The notes under the pieces are model-generated. The model was given only the letters and a program-made list of their open reading frames with translations. It was not told the DNA's origin and did no database searches. This document shows, one piece after another, positions 57,198-64,000 of a DNA stretch of 64,000 nt. Position numbers and translations under genes: made by a program. Numbering within the stretch: the first letter of the stretch is position 1; each line of letters starts with the position of its first letter. This DNA comes from Candidatus Krumholzibacteriia bacterium (GTDB lineage: Bacteria; Krumholzibacteriota; Krumholzibacteriia; LZORAL124-64-63): assembly GCA_024763215.1 (NCBI GenBank), contig JANTFX010000004.1, positions 8,961 through 72,960 of the forward strand, given 5' to 3'.

Positions 57198-58715
57198 TCA
57201 GGGGAATTCCACCGGCACCAGGGTGGGGCTCCCACCGGTGACGTAGGCCCCGCCGGGCAGTTCCTCGCTGACCACCGTCGGCAGCGGCCCCAGTTCGAGC
57301 AGCCCGTCGGCCGGGGTGGTATCGATCTCGTAGATGCCGTACAGCGCGTCGGTGACCACCATCATCTCGCTGGCCTGGATCGTGGGCGGCAGCTGGTAGG
57401 TCGCGTTCTGATCGGTCTGCCAGCCCACGAAGATATCCGGTCTGTCCTCGCGGTGGACGATGTACTGGCCCGGCCCGGGTTTCTCGACGCTTGTCATGCC
57501 GTCCAGGATGGCCGCCAGCAGGTGGTAGCCCCAGAAACCTCCGGTGGGCTGATGGTTCGCGTCGATGAGCTGGAGCTGGGAATTGCCCCAGGTGGGTCCG
57601 CTGTTCGGGTCGTATTCCCGGCCGAACATGGACAGCCAGATGCTGAGCTTGAGGTCGCGCGACAGGCCGTCGAGGTTGATGTCCAGCGCGGCCAGGAAAT
57701 GCTCTTCGGGGGTGATCACCGGGTCGTAGGCCAGGTTGGGCCCCCCGCATTCGGCCGTCAGCAGAGGCGTGTCCCCGACGCTTTCGCGGATCCTGTCGAT
57801 GCGGTACTGGTTGTACTCCACCGGGCCGTACAGGTGCAGATCGGCCATGTCGTAGCGGCTCTCGGCCAGGACCCGTTCCCGGGTCGCCACCGCATCATCC
57901 ACCAGGGGGTGCTGGGCGATGTCCACGGTGAGGGAATCCTGGACGGTGTCGTTGTAGAACCTGCGGGCGGTGTAGTTGCCTTCGCCGGCGTTGAGCACCA
58001 TGGCGTCCAACCCGATGGACGGGATGCCGCCCAGGACCACGGTCGCCTCGGGATCGTTCCCCTTGACCGCGTCGTACGAGGCGTTGAGCAGGTCGATCAA
58101 CTGGTCGATGGTCCCGGTCCAGCCGCCGTAGTTGTTCTGGGGCGAGGGCCACTCGTTGATGAACTGATAGTACTTCACGGGGCGCAGCAGCCCCGGCATG
58201 TCGTCGACCCCGTCCTTGTTGTAGCGCTGGACCACGTGCGCCACGAAGTCCGACCAGTCGTTCATATCACGCGGAGGCCGGTTGGCGGCCGTCAGATCCG
58301 TGGCCTCGGTGCCCCACGGGGCGTCGCACTGGAAGGTCAGGAAGACGTCGATCCCCAGCCCCTGCAGGACCTTGATCTTGTTGTCCATGGCGTTCCATTT
58401 GAAGTCGCCCTTGGCCGGTTCCCGGTACCGCCAGTACACGGTGAAGCGCACCACGCCGAACCCGCACTGGGGGAAGAGGAAGTAGGTGCTCAGATCATGG
58501 GGGGGGAAGCCCAGCCCCAAACGGGGGTTGGGTTCGAACGCCAGGTTGGCCAGCATGAGGCCGGAGGTCTTGAGGTTCGCGGGCTGGTTCCAGGTGAGCT
58601 GCACATCCGCGGTCCGCGGGCCCGTGGCCGTACCGTGGCCATCGGCCGCCTGGACGACCGAACCCATGACCGCAACCAGCAAAGTGATCAGGACAACCGT
58701 GGCGATCTTTCTCAT
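57198..58715 (-). CDS. Secreted clan-A glycoside hydrolase (GH39/GH5-like)
   Basis: Signal peptide; W...EPAKGDFKW; YYQFINEW (acid/base Glu); DLHLY; LLTAECG (nucleophile Glu). Confidence 0.75.
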   Translation of the reverse strand: MRKIATVVLITLLVAVMGSVVQAADGHGTATGPRTADVQLTWNQPANLKTSGLMLANLAFEPNPRLGLGFPPHDLSTYFLFPQCGFGVVRFTVYWRYREPAKGDFKWNAMDNKIKVLQGLGIDVFLTFQCDAPWGTEATDLTAANRPPRDMNDWSDFVAHVVQRYNKDGVDDMPGLLRPVKYYQFINEWPSPQNNYGGWTGTIDQLIDLLNASYDAVKGNDPEATVVLGGIPSIGLDAMVLNAGEGNYTARRFYNDTVQDSLTVDIAQHPLVDDAVATRERVLAESRYDMADLHLYGPVEYNQYRIDRIRESVGDTPLLTAECGGPNLAYDPVITPEEHFLAALDINLDGLSRDLKLSIWLSMFGREYDPNSGPTWGNSQLQLIDANHQPTGGFWGYHLLAAILDGMTSVEKPGPGQYIVHREDRPDIFVGWQTDQNATYQLPPTIQASEMMVVTDALYGIYEIDTTPADGLLELGPLPTVVSEELPGGAYVTGGSPTLVPVEFP

Positions 58716-58774
58716 ATCTCAACACCATCCCTGCCGTGCAGAATGTTCATCCTCGTGACCGAACACGAGAAAAA

Positions 58775-58790
58775 GGCAAGTTGCGTGCCG
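58775..58790 (-). promoter_or_regulatory. Sigma-54 (-24/-12) promoter for the glycoside hydrolase
   Basis: Minus strand CGGCACGCAACTTGC matches TGGCACG-N4-TTGC, 60 nt upstream of the ATG; IHF-like CAACAAGTTG about 58856-58865. Confidence 0.7.
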
Positions 58791-58942
58791 GGGGTGCGGG
58801 GTGCCGGACCGGGCGGGATGCAGCCGGGGGCGCGCCTGTCAGGTGATTGAACTACAACTTGTTGCAGGGGTTGGCTTCCGGGGCGGCGGCGGGATACGCA
58901 CCGGTGTGGCACGTTGGCCAGGATGCAGATTGCAAGCCGGGA

Positions 58943-59830
58943 TCACCCCGCGCCGCGGTCCCGCATGAGCCAGCACCACCCGGGCCAGGTGACGCCCTTG
59001 AGCTTCATCTTCCAGGCGCGCAGGCCTGCCAGAATCCGCCAGGGGATCAGCCTCGCCGCCGCCAGGGCGCTCTGCAGGACGAGGCGGTCCAGGCGGGTGA
59101 GTGCCCCGGCCGGCCGGGCGGGATTCTTGAAGCTGGTGTTGGGCGCGTAGCGGACCGCGAGCATGGTCTCATCGAATTCACAGCCCAGGAAGGCCGTGAC
59201 CCGCCGCAGGGTGCCGGGGGTGTCGTCCAGCAGTTCCTCGTAGGTGAGCAGCAACGCCCGGTCGCTGCGCCGGCAGAAATCCGCCAGGGCCCTGGCGTGC
59301 AGGGAGATGGCGAAGCCGCCGGCCAGCACCTTGGGGATCCTCAGCACCGGTGCAGGCGGGCGGCGACCGTAGGCCCACAGGCGCGATCGCATGAGGGAGG
59401 CCGGGCTGCGCAGGATGCCCAGGAAGAGGGCGTCGGGAAACAAGCCTGCCAGCTCCGGCCCCAGCATGGTGTGGTCGGGGCTCTTCTCCAGCCAGAAATC
59501 GGCCCCCTCGCGCCGGGCGACGTGGTCCATCACGAGCCGGAAGGCACCGGCGTAGTCGCGGGGGCAATCGGCCAGGAACCGGTCCCTGTTAAAGCCCGAC
59601 AGCAGGAAGTAATCGCAGGTGGTGAACGCGGTGCAGAAGCGCCGGAAGTTGGCGTCGTCCCCGAGGTCGCCGAAGGCGCGGGCGAAGTGCGAGAAGAAGA
59701 TGCTCTCGTGGATGCCGCGGTGTTCGGCGGACTCCACCGCGGCGATCAGGGGGTGCCCCCCCAGGCAATTGGCCAGCCAGGTGGTGCCCGATCGCTGGAG
59801 TCCCAGGACGAAGATGGGGGTGGGGCTCAT
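58943..59830 (-). CDS. Sulfotransferase (Sulfotransfer_3-like)
   Basis: PIFVLGLQRSGTTWL, WLEKSP, LFPDA, LLTYEELL. Confidence 0.88.
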   Translation of the reverse strand: MSPTPIFVLGLQRSGTTWLANCLGGHPLIAAVESAEHRGIHESIFFSHFARAFGDLGDDANFRRFCTAFTTCDYFLLSGFNRDRFLADCPRDYAGAFRLVMDHVARREGADFWLEKSPDHTMLGPELAGLFPDALFLGILRSPASLMRSRLWAYGRRPPAPVLRIPKVLAGGFAISLHARALADFCRRSDRALLLTYEELLDDTPGTLRRVTAFLGCEFDETMLAVRYAPNTSFKNPARPAGALTRLDRLVLQSALAAARLIPWRILAGLRAWKMKLKGVTWPGWCWLMRDRGAG

Positions 59831-59836
59831 GGGGGA

Positions 59837-61087
59837 TCACCCGTCCTTGTCGTGGCCGGCGGTCGCGGCCCCGGCTGTGTGCGCGGTGAACAGCTCCAGT
59901 TGCCGACGAACGTTCTGGACCAGGTTGAAATCCCTGACGACCTTTTGCCGGCCGCGGCAGGCCATGGCGTAGGCGGTCTCGGGATCGTCGTGGACTTCCC
60001 GCAGGCAGGCGGCGATGGCGGCCGCATCCTCGGGCTCGACGAGGAACCCGGTCTCGCGGTCGCCGACCAGTTCGGGGATGCCCGAAACCCGCGTCGTGAT
60101 CACCGGCCGCTGATGAGCCAGGGTTTCGATGACCACGTTGGGTATGCCCTCGGTGCGGCCGCCGGGGCCGATGATGCTCGGGACCACGACCACGTGAGCC
60201 AGACCGTAGTAGCGGCTGACGGTTTCGTGGGGTTGGGGGCCCAGGAACTCGACCCGGTCCTGCAGCCCGAGCTCGGCCACGCGGGATTTCAAGTGCTGCT
60301 CGAGGGGGCCGGCCCCGATCAGGGACAGCTTCCAGTCGCCCAGCGCTCCGCCGGCTTCAGCCAAGGCATCGAGGAGGAAGTCTATGCCCTTGCGCACCTC
60401 CAGCGAGCCCACGTAGAGGATCCGGAAAGGCCCGTCGGGAGTGCGCGCGAGGGCGGGCACCTGGTCGGGGTCCAGGCTCGAATGGATCACGTGCATGCGT
60501 CGCCCGGCCAGGGCGGGGACCCTCTCGGTGAGGAAGCGCACGTTGTAGTCGGTGATGGTGCGTATGAAAGCCGCCTCGCCCAGCTTGCGGTCCAGCATGG
60601 CCTGGGTGATGAAGATGTCGTGGGCCCGGCAGCTGACGCTGTAGGGCAGACCGGTCATGCGCCCGATGATCCAGCAGCAGGTGGCCGGGTGGGAGGCGAA
60701 TTCGGCGTGGACGTGGTCCGCGCCCCAGGCCTGCAGGTCCTCGGCGATGGCCAGGCATTTGGGCAGGATCACCAGTGACTTGGCCAGGGTGACGGGGTGG
60801 CGCCAGAAGCCCATGATCAGATCCAGCTTGATCCTCATCAGGGTCAGGGGTCTGCGCACCAGCGCACGGCCGAGGGCGCCGAGGACACGGCGATCCACGA
60901 GGTAGCCGAAGGAACGGGCCCAGCCCAGGATGGGCCGCGCGAAATCATGGACCTTGTCGTGCTTGCGGAAGCCGGACATGTGGTAGAGGCGGATCTCGTG
61001 GCCCTCGCGCGAGAACTGCATCACATCCCGCAGGATGAAGGTCTCGGTGGTCTTGGGGAACTCGGTGACGACGATTCCCAGCCGCAT
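59837..61087 (-). CDS. Glycosyltransferase family 4 (WcaL-like)
   Basis: FPKTTETFI, HVHAEFA, RAHDIF, VGSLEVRKG, EGIPNVVIE, SGIPELV. Confidence 0.92.
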   Translation of the reverse strand: MRLGIVVTEFPKTTETFILRDVMQFSREGHEIRLYHMSGFRKHDKVHDFARPILGWARSFGYLVDRRVLGALGRALVRRPLTLMRIKLDLIMGFWRHPVTLAKSLVILPKCLAIAEDLQAWGADHVHAEFASHPATCCWIIGRMTGLPYSVSCRAHDIFITQAMLDRKLGEAAFIRTITDYNVRFLTERVPALAGRRMHVIHSSLDPDQVPALARTPDGPFRILYVGSLEVRKGIDFLLDALAEAGGALGDWKLSLIGAGPLEQHLKSRVAELGLQDRVEFLGPQPHETVSRYYGLAHVVVVPSIIGPGGRTEGIPNVVIETLAHQRPVITTRVSGIPELVGDRETGFLVEPEDAAAIAACLREVHDDPETAYAMACRGRQKVVRDFNLVQNVRRQLELFTAHTAGAATAGHDKDG

Positions 61088-61092
61088 GGCAT

Positions 61093-62334
61093 TCAGCCCC
61101 TCTGTAGAAGTTTCGTGGCCAGGCGCACCATCGACCGCGTGGCCTGGCAGAGCATCAACGCCGGATACCAGTAGTAGTTGCCCAGCCCGACGGCGACCTG
61201 GGCCCGGAAATAGAAGGCGTCGGCGGCGGTGCAAGGCAGCCCCAGCACGTCCTTGCCGACGTGGATCCGGCTGATCAGGCTCGGGTCTTCACCCGGCCGG
61301 TTCTCGAACCAGCCGCCGGTCGTGGCGGCGAAGCCGGCCTGCAGGGCCAGCTCGCGCGCCCGGGGCGTGGTGTGGTTCTGGGGCCAGCAGAACAGGTCGA
61401 CGGGCTTGCCCAGCATCTCGCCCAGCTCCCTGCGGCAGCGCTGGAATTCCGCGCTGACCCGGTCGCGGTATTCCTGCTCGGATTCGCGGCGGCCGTCCAG
61501 CCAGCGGCGGGCGGTCAGGGAAGGCAGGTTCTCGGGAACGGGGGATCCCAGGGGCACGGCGGCCGGTTCCTGCTCCAGATACCAGCGGCTCTTGTTGCCG
61601 GGAACCGCGGCCCACTGGAGCCAGGCCAGGTTCCGCCAGTTGGCGGCGGTCAGCTCGCCGACGACGCGCGGCCCCACGGCCACCCGGCCGTGATCGGTGC
61701 CGTGGGACTGGACGTCGATCAACCCGGTGGCTTCCATGGCTGCCAGCTCGGCCCTGTTCAAATAGCCGTCCCACTGCAGCGGCCGGGCATCGGACGGGTC
61801 TTCGGTATCCAGGCTGGGCCGGAGCTCCGCGCCGGGGTCGATGAAGTCCAGGGAGACGAACAGCGTGGCGGGCATGCCGTGCCGCTTCAGGTACGGCAGG
61901 GCGGCCACCCAGTTGTCCAGGTAACCGTCGTCGAAGTGCAGCACGACCGACCTGGCCGGCAGGGGGCGGCCTTCCCGGCGGCAGGCCACCAGTTCCCGGG
62001 TGGGAACGACCCGGCAACCGGTGTCCGCCAGCGTCTGCAGCATGCGGGCGAACAGATCGCTGCCCAGGGAGATATCCGGGGCCCAGGGCAGCCAGTCGGG
62101 GGCGTCCGAGACGCTGTGGAAGGTGAAGACAGGCACGGCGCCGGGGCGGTAGAGGAACCTGTGGGTGACCGCGGCTGTCACCGCCGGCAGCAGCAGCCAC
62201 CACCAGGATCCGGACCACACCAGGCCGACGATGCCGGCGCACACGGCCAGGAACAGGGCCGACAGGGCCGCCACGGCCCTCAGCTTGCGGCGCTTGCGGG
62301 GGCGGCGGTTAAGGGGGGTTTCGGGGGTGTTCAC
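61093..62334 (-). CDS. Membrane-anchored polysaccharide deacetylase (NodB/IcaB-like, CE4)
   Basis: Two N-terminal TM helices; VVLHFDDGYLDN (motif 1) and QSHGTDH (motif 2). GTGA overlap with the upstream gene. Confidence 0.88.
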   Translation of the reverse strand: MNTPETPLNRRPRKRRKLRAVAALSALFLAVCAGIVGLVWSGSWWWLLLPAVTAAVTHRFLYRPGAVPVFTFHSVSDAPDWLPWAPDISLGSDLFARMLQTLADTGCRVVPTRELVACRREGRPLPARSVVLHFDDGYLDNWVAALPYLKRHGMPATLFVSLDFIDPGAELRPSLDTEDPSDARPLQWDGYLNRAELAAMEATGLIDVQSHGTDHGRVAVGPRVVGELTAANWRNLAWLQWAAVPGNKSRWYLEQEPAAVPLGSPVPENLPSLTARRWLDGRRESEQEYRDRVSAEFQRCRRELGEMLGKPVDLFCWPQNHTTPRARELALQAGFAATTGGWFENRPGEDPSLISRIHVGKDVLGLPCTAADAFYFRAQVAVGLGNYYWYPALMLCQATRSMVRLATKLLQRG

Positions 62335-63320
62335 GGCAGCCACCGCTTGATCATGGTGGCCGCGCCTCCTGTGAAGATCTTCTTCCAGGGCAGCTTGAGC
62401 CCCGCTTCGAGCGGCCGCAGCATCCGTTGCCAGAGGAGCTTCAGCCGCCAGGGCAGGGGCCGGCACCTGGCTTCGGGCCGGTACCCCAGCCGGGACATCT
62501 CCGGCTCGGATTCGTGCTCGATGATGGCTACCTGCACCGGGGTCAACCTGTCCCGCCACTTGTACAGGGAGGCCGGGTTGAGCGGTTTGAGGACCGGAAG
62601 ATCCCGCAGGGTCTTTTCATCGTCGGGGTAGAGCCGGTAGAGGGCGGCGTCGGAGCGGGCAAGCATGTTCGGATGGTATTGCTCGCCGATGAAGTCGCAG
62701 ATCCTCCGGAGGACGGACTCCCCGTCGGCCACCAGATCCTCGTAGCTGACCAGCATGACGTTGCCCTGCCCTGCCCTGGCCAGGACACCGCGCATGCTGC
62801 GTCGCCAGCGCCGGGCGTGGACGTGGGGGAAGCGGCTGGACCGGGCCCAGTTCTTGGCCAGGATGGAAGAGGTGACGGCCCGGGGGTCCCGCTGCATGTA
62901 AAGGACCCTGGCGGCGGGAAACCACTGGAGCAGGGTGTCCAGGTAATCCGCGTGGCGGGGGGTCTTTTCGCCCCACCGCGCCTTGCCCGTCCGGGCGGCG
63001 TACTCCTGGCAGATGGCGGTGAAGATGCCGCGGAAACCGGGATCGCCCAGGCCGTCGATGCGCGCCCGCACCCCGGCGGGCGTGATGCCGAAGGAGGGGA
63101 AGAGCTCGCCGGCGGTGAGCTTGCTCCAGAACAGTTCGAAGTCCCGCGGACGGGTGGGGTCCAGGTGGCCGTAGATGCGCATCCAGCTGTTGAGGAAATT
63201 GGTTTCCGGGGCGATGGCCAGCTGCGGGTGGGAGCTGAGCATCATCCGCATCAGGGTGGTCCCGGAGCGGGGAAGACCGATGATGAAGACCGGACTGTCC
63301 TGATCCTGGCCCTGGGTCAT
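62331..63320 (-). CDS. Sulfotransferase (Sulfotransfer_3-like)
   Basis: PVFIIGLPRSGTTLM, WGEKTP, RDPRAV.SS, VSYEDLV, KWRDRL. Confidence 0.9.
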   Translation of the reverse strand: MTQGQDQDSPVFIIGLPRSGTTLMRMMLSSHPQLAIAPETNFLNSWMRIYGHLDPTRPRDFELFWSKLTAGELFPSFGITPAGVRARIDGLGDPGFRGIFTAICQEYAARTGKARWGEKTPRHADYLDTLLQWFPAARVLYMQRDPRAVTSSILAKNWARSSRFPHVHARRWRRSMRGVLARAGQGNVMLVSYEDLVADGESVLRRICDFIGEQYHPNMLARSDAALYRLYPDDEKTLRDLPVLKPLNPASLYKWRDRLTPVQVAIIEHESEPEMSRLGYRPEARCRPLPWRLKLLWQRMLRPLEAGLKLPWKKIFTGGAATMIKRWLP

Positions 63321-64000
63321 GGTTCGTTGATGATGCGGTCGACGATCCAGACCGACGTGATGATCGACAGGGCCGGCAGGATGTTGCGCAGCACGTACCC
63401 CACCTTGGCGACGTTGGACTGGGATACATGGATCCTGTCGCCGGGCTGCAGGGGGATGTCGCCCTGGGTGACGGCCTCGAAGTAGGTGAACTTGTAGACC
63501 GTGGAATCGGTCCCCGTATGCCTGAACAGAAGCAGGTCGTCGAAGGATGCCGAGTCCATGTTGATGCCGCCCGCGCGGGCCAGGCCCTCGACCAGGGTCG
63601 TGCCCTTGCTGGGTATGGGGTAAGGACCGGGGGCGGCCACATCGCCCAGGACATAGAACTGATTCTCGGTGACCGGCGGGATGAAGAGCTTGTCGCCGTC
63701 ACGCAGCAGGATGTCGAGGTTGGCGTTGTGGCCGTGCTCGGAGGCCCACAGGTCCAGCTCGTGGACCTGGCCGTCGCGGGTCAGCAGGACGCGCGTCAGG
63801 TCGCCGTCGGTCCGGGGGCCTTCGGCGGCGGCCAGGGCCTCACCGACGGTCATCAGGGCGTTGGACAGGAATACGGTGCCGGGCTTCTGGACCTGCCCGT
63901 TGACCAGGACCGGGTGCGCTTCGTAGTCCACGACTTCCAGCTCGACCTGGGGTGACGGGATGATGTCCTGGTAGGCGTTCTCGATGGCCACGGCCGCCCC
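63317..64000 (-). CDS. Polysaccharide export protein Wza-like (SLBB domains), 5' end outside window
   Basis: VNGQVQKPG, LLRDGDKLFIP, YVLGDVAAPG, LARAGG, LQPGDRIHV, C-terminal amphipathic helix. Confidence 0.88.
   Translation of the reverse strand, partial: GAAVAIENAYQDIIPSPQVELEVVDYEAHPVLVNGQVQKPGTVFLSNALMTVGEALAAAEGPRTDGDLTRVLLTRDGQVHELDLWASEHGHNANLDILLRDGDKLFIPPVTENQFYVLGDVAAPGPYPIPSKGTTLVEGLARAGGINMDSASFDDLLLFRHTGTDSTVYKFTYFEAVTQGDIPLQPGDRIHVSQSNVAKVGYVLRNILPALSIITSVWIVDRIINEP

Noticed and set aside
1-64000. tRNA, rRNA, intact IS, integrase or prophage genes
   Set aside because: None recognised by eye; small structured RNAs cannot be excluded without an Infernal/tRNAscan run.

Overview
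High-GC bacterial chromosomal window. FlgD-Ig-type C-terminal domains and a terminal SWGxLKALYR motif suggest an FCB-group candidate lineage such as Krumholzibacteria/Latescibacteria; this is inference only. The first ~36 kb holds housekeeping genes (leuS, nhaA, radA, ispD-like, aroA, aroC, tyrS), envelope and secreted proteins, and signalling genes. It also contains a hidden selenoprotein (UxxC redoxin with in-frame TGA and a bSECIS-like hairpin, split in the ORF track), an AT-rich islet encoding a Cys-rich-tailed lipoprotein plus a small membrane protein, and a frameshifted ISNCY-like transposase scar. From ~36.2 kb to the end is a Wzx/Wzy-type polysaccharide locus: Wzc-like, Wzy-like, MurJ-like flippase, Wza, GT4, NodB-like deacetylase, clan-A glycoside hydrolase and five sulfotransferases. 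It embeds a ~4,076-aa type I PKS, FAAL-ACP-[KS-AT-KR-ACP]x2-GNAT, with no thioesterase. The best candidate for an undescribed system is a sulfated exopolysaccharide or glycolipid acylated with a PKS-made 3,5-dihydroxy fatty acid (NodA/NodB/NodH-like logic). All calls come from reading motifs by eye; no searches were run.
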